Assembly (NCBI GenBank): GCA_010093745.1
Contig: MU005996.1
Span: 1-64,000, forward strand
Origin: Piedraia hortae CBS 480.64
Lineage: Eukaryota
Length of the DNA stretch: 64,000 nt
Reading direction: 5' to 3'
Positions 24,621 through 36,445 of this stretch are shown piece by piece (position 1 is the stretch's first letter; the number at the start of each line of letters is the position of its first letter). The notes below the pieces were generated by a model. It was not told the origin of the DNA and searched no databases. It worked only from the letters and a program-made list of their open reading frames with translations. A program made the position numbers and the translations under genes.

Positions 24621-25503
24621 ATGTCCTACACGCACTTCAACCTCACCACCCCCACAGAATGGGTCGCGCACGTCGAGATCAACCGCGCGGGAAAACTAAA
24701 TAGCTTCCACGAAGAAATGTGGCATGAGTTAGGCGAAATCTTCACAAAGCTCTCCCATGATCCCAATGTCCGCTGTGTAATCTTCAGCGGAGCCGGTGAT
24801 CGAGGCTTCACCAGCGGGCTTGACGTCCAGGCTGCGTCCAAAGGACCCTTAATGTCCTCCGAAGGGTCCGACACGGACCCCGCCCGTCGCGCGACCTTCC
24901 TCCGTCGCCATATCTCCGACTTCCAGGCCTGTATCAACACTTTAGAGACATGCGAGAAGCCCGTCATCTGCGTCCTGCATGGAATTGCCTTCGGCCTCGC
25001 ACTCGACCTCGCCTCAGCGTGCGATATCAGGATCTGCACTAAGAATGTCCGCTGCGCGGTCAGGGAGGTTGATATCGGTCTCGCGGCGGATATTGGAAGT
25101 CTTACCCGCCTTCCCAAAGCTAATCTTCCTTTTTCGTGGATCAAGGATGTTTGTCTTACGGCTAGGGAGTTTGGGGCGGATGAGGCGCTTAGGGTGGGAT
25201 TTGTTAGTGAGGTTGCGGAGGATAAGAACAAGGCCATGCAGAGGGCGGTAGAACTTGCAGGGACGATTGCGGGAAAGTCGCCCGTGGCTGTGCAGGCGAC
25301 GAAGGAGGTGCTGAATTGGTCGAGGGATCATTCTGTTCAGGATGGTGAGTGGGTCGACTGGGAGGGATGCTTCGCGCTAACTTTGGTGTGTAGGGTTGAG
25401 GTACGTGCAGGTTTGGAATTCGGCCATGTTGCAAGCGGGTGATGTTAAGTCTGCGCTCATGGGTGGGATACAGAAAAAGAAGCCTAGGTTTGAGAAGTTG
25501 TGA
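24621..25503 (+). CDS. ECH1: Crotonase-family delta(3,5)-delta(2,4)-dienoyl-CoA isomerase (Ech1-like), 2 exons (24621-25344, 25394-25503)
   Basis: FTSGLD, EKPVICVLHG, EVDIGLAADIGSL.RLPK and KSPVAVQ motifs. Intron 25345-25393. C-terminus is KKPRFEKL. Confidence 0.85.
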
Positions 25504-27149
25504 GGTTGGAGGGGTATGTAGATGGTAAGGTGAAGTTAGAGGGAGTCGCTGATTGGTTCGTTTGATGGGTCGTTAATTCCGCGTTGATGTCATGCCAAGA
25601 ATTTTTGTGTGCCAAGAAATTTCCACGTTAAGCTTTTACCTTCTGACATGCACTCAAGTTAATGTCGACTGATTCGAGTGCGATAACGTATATGCATGTC
25701 ACGGAACCGCAAATGGAAGGAAATGGAGGATTTCGACTCGGTGTGCATTACGGTCGGTTTGCGCCCTGCCAGCGTTTCTCGCGAGGGCCTGTTCCAGAGG
25801 GTGCACTGCTTTACGACTCGCGGCACTGCGCGAAGCGTACGGATCGACGGGTGTATCTACCTACGCTATCGAGAAGATGCAAATCTCAGCCATCACAACG
25901 CCTGTAGCTCCCTCCGGAAAAGCACAACAAGTCACGTAGGGACTTGCGAAGAGACCAAAAGGGAGGAAAGATTGTGTGAACTATGAACCTTCATACACGA
26001 CCGTCGCGCACCAATAACACCGAAGGGTTGTGGTGCGACATAACCAAAATCATCAAAGAGTCCACACACATGTTGGAAACCCCATCCACCATAATTCCCT
26101 GCCATTCAAGCGTTCAATGCGGGGCTGAGTTTCTATCTCCCAAGGGAATGCCCGTACCATTGCGGCGTTCAAGGCGCTCTGGAATATCATCACTACATCT
26201 CCCTCTTCAGCCAGGAAGTCATTGCTAGACTAAACCTCTCCTCCACTGAACAGGCTGTACAGACCAACGATGGAACGATGACGGGGATGGCTCAACAAAG
26301 CCCATATCACGCCATCCCGTCGCCATCTTCAGAGATATGGCGGATGATTAAGGGCGTTTATCCTAGAACTCCCTGTCGCCAAGTCGGAGAGCGCAATGAA
26401 TGAGCGGTACGTGGCCCCCGACAAGGAGCCACTTACCTAATGAGGCTCTTTGTTTGCTCCGGCACAGCTTCAGAGCACTGGATCACAGTGTTCAAGTGCA
26501 CAAGGCTCCTGTTTCCGCCTGGAATGTCAAAAAAGTCGCCGTCGTCGTCGACGACGTTGACGGCAAGTCGGGGGCGTCAGAGCCTGCCAGGGCGACATCG
26601 GCTACAACTTCGGAGGCGACGCCGTCGTCGTCGTCAATATTGGCAACATGTCTGGGGCGTCAGAGCCTGTCATTGTCGTCCACCACGATGCAATAGTGAC
26701 ACGTCCTTCTGAATGGCGAAGCTTTTGGTCGGTTTCTGTGTCGAGTGGGCGATAATTTCGTGCCCAAGAGCTCAAGATTCCCTGTTGCGCCTTCAAGGGT
26801 AGCAACGACGTGTTTTGGGTGTGGGGAGGGGGTGGGGGTGTTGCTCTGGAAGTGATGATCCTAGAACGACTTGATTTCTATCTGTTGTTCCACAGCAAGA
26901 CGAATGGGCCAACCGACGTCTTCGCGACCTTCATTTTTTGGGACGACGAACGCAAAACGTTCCCCCGTCGGTACTTGTTTTTTTTTTTGGAGGGGAGGAT
27001 GATGAGAAACCCGAGAGTCCCCAAAAAAAAATTACTACCGCCGTTGTGCCCTGGACAAGCCTGGCGCCGGGAACTGGCTACCGCGTCTGTTTGTGGAGAG
27101 AGCTGCTCTGAGCGGGGCATGAGACGAAGAATGGGCAGCAGGATTCAAT

Positions 27150-27325
27150 AATTAATGAATCAGGTTAAAGTGCTATCCGGTTCCCTTGCGGGTCTATGAG
27201 CACTATGTCAAAGTTAGCTGCCGCGAGCAAAATCCCACCCTCGGCTATCGCCAGAGGAGTTAAAAATCTTGCCTCCTCCACGCTCTTTATCTACCCTTCA
27301 GTGCTCGCCTCGAAGCTGAATTGCA
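27150..27325 (-). mobile_element. Second copy of the LINE 3' terminal segment (5'-truncated insertion)
   Basis: Aligns with 12500-12656, e.g. CCTTGCGGGTCTATGAGCACTAT...GTTAGCTG.CGCGAGCA. Confidence 0.65.
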
Positions 27326-28914
27326 ACAGTACACTAGATCCAGTGGAGAGGAACAAAAGTTAAGCAGAGCAGGGATTAGCATGAACGGTTAGGCTACGGA
27401 GACGACCATGTCAATGACAAGCTGCGCCACCTCTACGCAGGTTACTGATACAATGGTGACAATCCCCCCTGGAACTCTTGTTGCGATACGTGACAACGCG
27501 ATTCTGTGCCTTACGCGTCCGGACAATAAGCCATGCAGGGTCGCCTTGCCGTGAAACGTTGATGCCAGGGGTATTCGCTGGCAGAGCCCCTACCCAAGAC
27601 TGGCAATCTTTTCGCCGCTCTCTTCAACCCCTCTGTACGCAGAGGACGTTCGATAATCTCATAAGATCTATTTGTGTCGTTCCCGTTCTTTTTTTCGCAT
27701 CGGTACGATTGTACTGATTGCCATCCAACAAATGCGGACAGAAACTCAGCCTTCCAATTTCAACATGGCGCTGCTCTTTGACCAGAAGTCATGGTCCGGC
27801 AGTGATGATGTTTTCTTTGACTCGGATGGATATCAATGCGCAGGGTGAAAATTGGAATGAAAGGGTAGAGGGTGGAGATAGAGTGATCTGCCTAAATCTA
27901 TGGCTCGCGAGCTCGGGTCATCGAGTATCTCAAGGGCTTTGCAGAAAGAGGTTGTCCACTTGCAAGGGGGGCCTAATAAAAGCGAGCAAGAAGTCAGCTA
28001 TCTTCGCCATCAGTTGCTCGTTCGCGTCGAGGAGCAGGTGTGTGAGCTGTTCTGTGCACACATCTGTGCACACATGGCCTTGCGGAATCTTCGCGGGCAG
28101 CTTCACCGCGAAAGTGTCTTGGATAAGAAGCAAGTGTCCAATATAAAGTTCCTTGGTTTAAATTGATAAATATTGAGTTATAATATATATATCTATATTT
28201 TTTTTATTAAATAATTTAAATTTTTATAAGATTTTCTATAAAAATAAGTTTAAATAGTATGTGGACAGCAGCTCCTCAAAGATTCGCTACAAGCCAAGAC
28301 GAACAAACACGAGCAGCTGGCTTCTAAGCTTGTACGTGAGGCAGACGCCGTTAGCGAGGAACTTGCCCAGGCCCAGACCTGCCTCGACGATCGGCTGCAG
28401 CAAATGGAACATCCAGGCAAACCGAGTAACGTCAATATGCTCACAGACATCCACGAATGATCATGTTCTCTGAACAGTCATGGTGGCATACCTGACTAGA
28501 GATGTCGGAGCTCCACATATGTGCATGGGCTGCCGGGAAGTAACTGACTTAGAGCGATGATGTTTTCGAAATTAACGCCAGAATCGTGGGTCGGTCGACT
28601 GCCGACTCGTTTGATGTAGTCCCCCTCTTCATCAATCTGGCCTGTCCGTGACATGTGCAGAGCGAACAACTCCATAAAACACTTGAATAAGTTCGATGCC
28701 TCAACCTCTCAAATTCCTATCTTCTTCTCCATCCATTGGCATCGTTCTTCCTTTGCTGTGCTCTCTCGTGAGGATTTATCTGAAGTTCGCCAATTTCCCT
28801 TGTCGTGATTCTCACCGCTTTCGCTGGAGGATAAATACACTAGGCACTCGCAAGGACAGGGGAGCTTTCTCAGTGAGCTGATTATAGAGCATGGCACGGC
28901 GTATGTGAAGGTCC

Positions 28915-29275
28915 CGGGACGCGGAGATCCCAAAGCATGAGCGATTGAGGGAGATTGAAGTGAAAGTCTTTGAGTTGAGAGATAAACTGGAGGACGAAGG
29001 GTAAGGATCTGCTATTGCTGTTTGGGCTAAGCTGACCGTAATAGCTTGGACGAGGATCAAATAGATGTTCGCTGCGACCAGCTACGGAGAATGCTCCAAA
29101 TCGATGCCAGCCAGATTTCACCAATGAGACTGAAGATTTGAAAAGTCATCAAGTGCATGAAATCGCTCGGACGAAGAGCGAAGAGAGCGAGCGATTACCT
29201 CGTGCTTTTGGGATCCCTTGTGATCACGGAGAAGGCCAACATTGGAGGACGCAGCAGCGACAGGATCCATTGTGA
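28915..29275 (+). pseudogene. CWC21: CWC21 (pre-mRNA splicing factor) gene fragment with an intron and a frameshift
   Basis: EIPKHERLREIEVKVFELRDKLEDEG, intron 29001-29044, then LDEDQIDVRCDQLR to a stop at 29139-29141. LKSHQVHEIA...ESERL continues in another frame. The conserved N-terminus (GL.TPRGSGTSGYV) was not found upstream. Confidence 0.75.
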
Positions 29276-29851
29276 AGGACTGTACCGTATGTGTACCGCG
29301 TAGAACTTCCGCTTATGAGCGGTACATTATAAGAGGGCGGTATTCTTGGAAAGGAACGGTAGATGGAGTTCCTAGAAGTCCTTGGACCGTGCGATAATAG
29401 TACAAGAACCGTGCGTAGAAAACCCTATCGCGTCAGAAGATACCAGACAAAAATTGAGCGCGCTTCAGAGCAACCCCAAATCTACAATCTCCTCTCTAAG
29501 CCACCTCGAATCATGTCATTAAGCCGATCTGATCTAGGGGCGAGTAGGAAGTGTCTTGCTCACGTTACACAATGATGTCATTCGCCAGAATCCCACCGCA
29601 AGCCCTGGCCGGGATCCTGAAAGCTGTTGGGGTTTTGGCCAGGGATCGATATCATGTCTCCCTGGTTAGTCCAATTGGGGTACTTTTGTGTGCGAGCCTC
29701 GGCGGCGAAGGGCATCCGCTCCAATCACTTGCACGTCATCGGTGGATTTATGCATGCACGCCACTCTAACCCCACCTCATCCGATCTCAGCCTTGAGCCA
29801 GCCGGCACATCCTCCAGTTTCCTTTTCTCACCGCCTTTCACCGTACCCAAC

Positions 29852-32800
29852 ATGCCGGAGTGGGTGAGGCGCTGGAAAACAAAGGGAAAATCGGATACCC
29901 CACATCAGCAAGCTTCCACTGGAAATGCATCCACCTCCAAGATTCCAGCTTCAACTGTACAGCCTTCGCTGGCCTTGCCGCAGCACAGTTTGTCAGTTCA
30001 GACTTCAGCTCTAGTGCTTGCACCGCGAAACCCGTTTGAAGACAAGGGCAAGTTACTACGCGATGCCCTCGATGATCCTGACACCGAAGATCGCACGTTT
30101 ATCGAGAAGCAGCTTTGTTCAAACGGCAACCTCGAGAGGGACGCAGCCGAAGTGCTTGCCTTGCGGAGTCAAAACCAGACCAGGAAGTCCAATCAATGGA
30201 TTGCCAGCATGAGAAAGATTGCCTGTCAAATCCTGCAATTTGCGCCAGTAGTTGACGTTGCGACGAATGTCAAACCAGAGGTTCTTAGCCTGCCGTGGGC
30301 CGGCATCCGCTCTCTCTTAATGGTAAGCAGCAGTGCTGTGCAACTGCAACCCTGAATGACCCTAGTTCTCAAGGTGGCCCAGAAAACTCATGAGCAGAGT
30401 GAATCAATCCTAGACGGAATCAAAACGGTGCTGGAAACAAGCCACCTGTTGAACGTGTATTTTGACATATACGGCCAGCTTGATGCGACGCCCGCAATTG
30501 GCCATTTGTATGCCAACATCGTCAAGCTCTACGGCCTCAATCTGACGTTCGTGGCCCACGCTCAGCACACTTGCGATATGAACAAGTTTGAGCGGATGAT
30601 ACACTCTCTGACTGGTCAAGTTATACCAAAGTTCAGGACTGAACACGACAGGATGCTGGGAACTGTTGAATTCCATCGTCAAGCTGTGAATGACGAGGTG
30701 TCGAAGAAGCAGCAGACTTGGGTCAATAAACAGCTGAAGGCGCTGGAGAAGGCCCAAGCAGAGATCAATCAAGGAGTTGAAGGCGTTCAGCAAACGCTAG
30801 ATCTTAGTGCTCTGCAGGCGGCTGCAGGGGCAGCTTACAATTCGATGGAATATCGCAATGCCGACGAAAATGGCGAGTTGCGGTCATGTCTGAAAGGTAC
30901 ACGGGTGGAAATTATGCAGAAGATCCTGGACTGGGCTACCACTGCCAATGACCAGAGAGTGTTCTGGCTATCTGGAAAGGCTGGAACGGGAAAGTCGACA
31001 ATCGCCCGAACCGTTGCTGACGAACTAGCAACACAAGGATACCTGGTTGGAAGCTTCTTCTTCAAGCGTGACCAAGGTGGAGAGAACCGCGCACGGAGCC
31101 TCTTTCCCACCATTTCCCGTCAGATGGCAGACTCCATTCCTAGCATCAGGCACGCGATTGCTGCCGCCTCCAAGGGCTTCCCCCCGGTGAATGAAAGGCC
31201 GCTGACAACTCAGTTCGACACGCTTATACAAGGACCGCTGTCAGGGTACAGCACGGGTTCCGCGACAGATATCAGGGCCATTGTCATCGATGCTCTGGAC
31301 GAGTGCGAGGACTGGGGAGCGATAGGCCATGCCATGACTCTTTGGTCAAGACTTCGTGCACAAAGCTCCATGAACCTACGAGTTTTTGTGACGAGCCGGT
31401 CCGACAACAAGATCGGGGATAAGCTAAGCGAGATGGGGCACAAGGATCTCCACCACGAGAGGCTTGAACACTGGCAATCGAGTACCATCGAAGACGACCT
31501 GAGATTGTTCTGTCACGATGAACTGAGAAGGCTTCGAGAGCAAAGCAGGAAGGAGTCCAGCTATGACGAGCTCGAGGATGACTGGCCAGGGGAAAGCGTT
31601 GTCGACAAACTTGTGAAGATATCAAAGCCACTGTTTATCGCGGCCTCCACGATATTCCGAGAAGTAAGCAATGATCCACGAGAGCAACTTCAGGAATGGG
31701 TCAACCGGCTCAGCTTCGCTGGCTCGGAAGGGTTGAACTGCATCTATTCGGGCATTCTTGAGCAGGCTGCTAAGGCCGATCCAAAGTGGCTCGACCATTT
31801 TAATCGAGTCATCAAGCCAATTGCCGTTCTGCTTGCTCCACTCACCATTCCGGCGCTGACGGACCTGCTCGGCGGAGGAAAGAACATGGTTGTTCCCAAT
31901 GCTCTTAAACCGTTGAGTTCGGTAATCGACTTCCCGAGTGGAAAGGAGGTGAAAACAGGCTCTCGGGCCACGGTACGGATTTATCATGAATCCTTCCGAG
32001 ACTTCCTCATGGATCCCAATCTCAAGGACAAATTCCAGTTCTCGATTGACAAAGGCGAGACTCATGGTACCCTCCTAACGAGATGTCTAGACTTGCTCAC
32101 GAACAAGCTTGGCCGCGATGTCTGCAAGCAGAAACATCCAGCAACGGAACGCAAAGATGTGTCCGCAGAGCATGTCGAAAAGCACATTTCTGAGTCATTA
32201 CAATACGCCTGCCGCTACTGGACCGGCCATGCGATCCATAGCAATGAGGCAATCGAAGATGGCGGAAAAGTAGATCTTTTCCTACGCGCATGTCTCCTTT
32301 ATTGGGCAGAGGCAATGGCCTGGCTGGACAAGCTTGGGGAAATGGTAGCAAGTCTCAGGCAGCTGCAAAGAGCCATCGACGTATGTATTTCTGTTTCAGT
32401 CTGCCGAAAGCATGCCTAACCCTGCGCAGTCGCAATCATCGCCAAAGCTACACGCCTTTGTCGCCGATGCTCTGAGATGGGTACCAGCAAATCGAAAGAT
32501 GATCAGCGATAGACCGCTTCAGACATATCTCTCAGCACTGGCTTTTGCGCTGAGCAACAGTATCGTACGAAACAGCTTCAGAAGTGAGATGGAAGAGTTT
32601 TTGCAAGTCTGGCCGCCAGTCGCGACTGATTGGGGCTTTGAGTTGCAAACCCTGAGGGAGCATACTCGTAGTATACAGTCGATAACGCCTTCAATCGACG
32701 GGAGACGGCTTGTCACCGTTGGCAGGGACAACACAGTGCGACTATGGGATGTTGAAAGCGGCACCGAAGAAAAACGTACGGAAATCAACTTAGGATGGAA

Positions 32801-34484
32801 TAACAGCGCTTCAGCGTTCCCTAAAGAAGACGTTGTGGTCATTGCTGTGGAGTCGGGAGTTTATTGGAGGTGGAACTTGGAAGACGACGCCAGACGTACT
32901 GATCTCAAACTGCCAAGCGATGCAGAAAGCGTCACAGTCTCTCCAAACGGCCGATATGCCGCTTGGGGCTTGCGCAACGGCGGGATTTACATCTGGGACG
33001 CCGACAAGGACGCCGGACAGGTGGTTGAGGGTCACAGCTCTAGGGTGTGGTGCATGGCGTTCTCATCGGATAGCGAGACACTGGTGTCGGGATCCAGAGA
33101 CATCTGAAAATGGAGCCCACAAGCTGCGCATGAGAGGATATGCCAAGTTGGTACCAGTTTCAAGCGCATCGCCATTTCGCCAAACGGCAAGTTCGTTGTC
33201 TTTGGGTCTGAGGATGACACGATATCGGTGTTTCACTGCACCACCCACCAAGTTGACCGGATCATGCGAAATTCTCGTGTCTATTCCCTCATGGTTACGC
33301 CAGACAGCCAGAAAGTTCTTTTCGGTGACTGGAAGAGTCTTTATCTCTACGACTTTCAAACGCAACAAGAGCCGATGAAACTGCCCTTGGAAACCAGTGG
33401 AATCACAGCCATGACATCATCGCGCGACGGGAAGACAATCTGGGCGGGGGATGAAAATGGACAAACTACACAGCTGAACGTGGATCTACGCTTGAAGAGC
33501 CCGCAGCATCGGACTGGCTACGCTAAGGTTGCACTGTCAACAAATGGACGGTCACTCGCCTCATTGACTCAGGGAAACCAGCTCAGCCTTTGGAACATCG
33601 AAACGCGAATTTGCGAACCGCGGTTAACAGATCACAGGCTTGCAAAACTCATTTACGAAAGGGTCCTGATCTCATCGGACAGTCGTTTCGTGGTTGTTGC
33701 CTCCCTATACGAATCCTCGGACAAGGCGGTTTTGATTTGGGACAAGGATTCAGATGAACTGAGAGAGTTGAAAGGCAGACCAGACTATGTTACTGCTCTT
33801 GCGTTATCCCCAGACAACCAAACACTCCTTTGCGGTTTGCGCGACGGTCAGATATGGGCTATTGATCTGGAACGTGGACTTCTGCGAGAAAAATTCACCG
33901 GTCATACGGAAACAATCTACAATATAGCGATTTCTCCAGATGGGTAGAACTTTGCATCGGCTGCAGAAGATTACACAATAAGGATCTGGGGTCCGAAGTC
34001 ACAAACCCCGCTGGTACTGAGCTCTGAAGATTTCGAACCTGAGGCATGTTTTTCAGCAGACGGTCGGATGCTCTACACTTATGGCCGTACAGACGACATA
34101 TATGAATGGGATATTGAAAAGGCGTGCATTGTGCGCACACTCGCTCAGGGTCCTTATGGTTGTTCGATACTTATCGATGGTCGCTTTGTGTCGTCAACGT
34201 TCCTGCCTGTGGTGGAAAGGTTAGTAGCCAACGAAGCCGCCCAGCCCCAAACGCAGGCGGACTCTTCCGCCTCGACAAGCTCAACTTCGATGTTCCAAGA
34301 CCGACAAATCTGCGCCTTGGACCGTACAGAAAAGTGGATCACTGTCAATAGTCGGAAGGTTCTCAAGCTCCCTGATCAGCCACGATTTGGTGAATATTGT
34401 TTCTCGTGCGGGCGAAAAATGGTTATTACCAACGATGAGACTGGTTTTACTGTTTTCGATCTCACGGGCAAAGACACCTTTTGA
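29852..34484 (+). pseudogene. NACHT-WD40 NLR gene with two in-frame premature stops (exons 29852-30322, 30374-32380, 32430-34484)
   Basis: SLPWAGI (NACHT N-terminal region), WLSGKAGTGKST, VIDALDEC, YHESFRDFL and WD40 repeats. Introns at 30323-30373 and 32381-32429. TGA at 33105-33107 and TAG at 33945-33947 interrupt one continuous frame. Confidence 0.85.
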
Positions 34485-34960
34485 ATGAAACTGAATTTGT
34501 TCAAATTTCCAACGGTCCCGATTCCTTTACCGAGCAACACAGTCGGTCCGTGCCGCTAATTTCGTAGCTTTTTCCTGAACCTGCCGTGAATGTTTCCATA
34601 GGGAGAGCCAATGCAAATCACGATATGGTTAGCGCCGCCAGACCATATGAGGAGAGGCCTTGTTGGGTTCTTTTCCAGCTAGAAGAAGATACCGTTCCTT
34701 AGCCGCGTCGTGCTGGGGGTGTCTCCACGCTCTGTGGTGGTGTTGGATGCGCTGGGATTCCATGTGCATTTCCCATGACCGGCATCTGCGCAAGAACTTG
34801 GAGGGATTTATGGTCATGTGTTTTTGCTGAAATTCTGAAGGGAAGCACTGGATTGGTCAGCCTAACGATACAAAGTCCCAAAGAGCCATTTGTTAGAATT
34901 GTGAGTAGATGTGTACCAGTATGCATACAAGTCTCTACGGAAAGCTAGTTGACGCGTCGA

Positions 34961-35017
34961 GTCGAGAGCCGAGCGCCGCTTACTCATAATATGCGTGATA
35001 TACCGCATTTCACAACA
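34961..35017 (+). repeat. Copy of the ...CACAACA-ending repeat seen at 7-64 (5' boundary unresolved)
   Basis: Direct sequence similarity to the start of the window. Confidence 0.55.
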
Positions 35018-35022
35018 CAGAT

Positions 35023-35448
35023 TGTCAGAACTCAGGGCCTACGTCATGCAGAAGGGCCGGGTCCGTCCACGGCCCGAGTCTAGTGGCCACACTCTGCGGC
35101 ACATACTCAGGCGGCACTGACTTTTCTCTTCTCTTCTTCTACGAGGCAGTGGCATAATGTCGATCCTTGCCGGTGCCTCGGCATGTCGATCGTATGATCG
35201 ACATTTTTGTCGCTAAAAGATTAGTTGTTTTCTTGTATATAGTTCCGCCCGCCGGCTCGGGCGGGCAGTCGCGTTGTCTTTCTTTCATCGCTGTTTCCTG
35301 TCCACACCAGTGATATCTTCATGCGTGGTTCTTTGTCTACATAGGGTCTACGCAGTCCTCTCGTCCATAGCCCATTGCTTTGAGCCTCACCCTTGTCTCT
35401 CATCGATCCCTCGACCCCGACCCTCGTCCTTAGCCTCGTGTCGTGACA
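35023..35448. mobile_element. Probable solo LTR, family C (426 bp)
   Basis: TGTCA...TGACA inverted termini, flanks CAGAT/CAAAT (4 of 5 match) and an internal TATA-like TGTATATAG. Single copy in the window. Confidence 0.6.
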
Positions 35449-35799
35449 CAAATACATGTGTTTGACGTATCTTCAGCAGGCCAGAATACATGAACTCAAT
35501 CCCCTAACTTGATAGAATCGAATTGGAATCGCTAATACCATCCAATAACGGCATGATCTTAACATTTATCTCCTTCTCCTTCCAGATGGTTACCAGATTG
35601 GCTTCAGACCACTGGGATTCAGCCAGCCTTAACTGTCGGCTTGATATCCTTAGTTCCTGACCACAAGGGCTCAGGCTCTACGGTCGTCCTGGCAGTTGGG
35701 TTGCTCCCATTTTCCTCCCAGATTGTCTAGCACAGTCGACATCCTAGCCCTTTTCCTCCATGCCCACCAACGATGAACAACGCCCCTTCTCTTTGGTTC

Positions 35800-36445
35800 C
35801 AGCGATTGCCAACCTGCCTGACGAAAGGTGAAGCTATGGCTGCCCTAGCGAAAACACTCTGCTTATCGCTCGTACTGCGAGGACGTCCTTGGCGATCGTC
35901 GTGGAAATTTATGTTGCCTCACCGTCTTGCACCACGTCAACACTTCCGTTTCTCTAGGCACTGGAAGAAAAGCCCTATGTCGTCCATCGAAGGTACTTCC
36001 TTTCTCCGACTGCACACCCGAGATGAGGGCCGACATTTCGTCCTGAGCAGCATAGATATCTAATTGCTCTTCTGCTGGAATGCCCGCCGAGATAGCTCTT
36101 GCCGCATGCTCCTTTCGGGGCCACCTTTGCGGTCCCAGACTAGAGCATATCGCCAGTATCCATGAAGCCAAAACGCGGGTCCAGCATGTCCACCGCATAG
36201 AAACCCGGTTTCCGGCTGATCTTCACCCGGTACCGGTCAAGCTTGGGCTTCATCGCTTGGAAGATGTGAGATCGATGCACCTGCTGAGGCTGACGTCTAA
36301 CATCCGTCGAGTTGCTTCGAATACCCACCGCAGCCCGATGGATGATACTGAGGAGGGCGACTTGTACTACTCTAAAGTCGCTTGTTGAATGGGGGCCGAG
36401 GCGTCAAAGTAGGCTCGTAGCTGGTCCCAAACCAACTTCCTGGCC
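35800..36445 (-). mobile_element. Degenerate hAT transposase remnant
   Basis: Frameshifted segments WDQLRAYFDASAPIQQAT, AMKPKLDRY...YAVDMLDPRF and VLTWCK...KFP resemble hAT W..L...L.PF..AT, A..LDPRF and the C-terminal dimerisation domain. Confidence 0.55.

Noticed and set aside
26530..26700. Short direct repeats (GGGGCGTCAGAGCCTG twice) and GTC runs as a CRISPR-like array
   Set aside because: Only two units, no regular spacers, and a eukaryotic context.
29852..30050. Amyloid signalling motif at the NLR N-termini
   Set aside because: The N-termini are Ser/Thr/Gln-rich or basic but show no recognisable HET-s, sigma or PP motif, and no adjacent HeLo/HeLL effector gene was seen.
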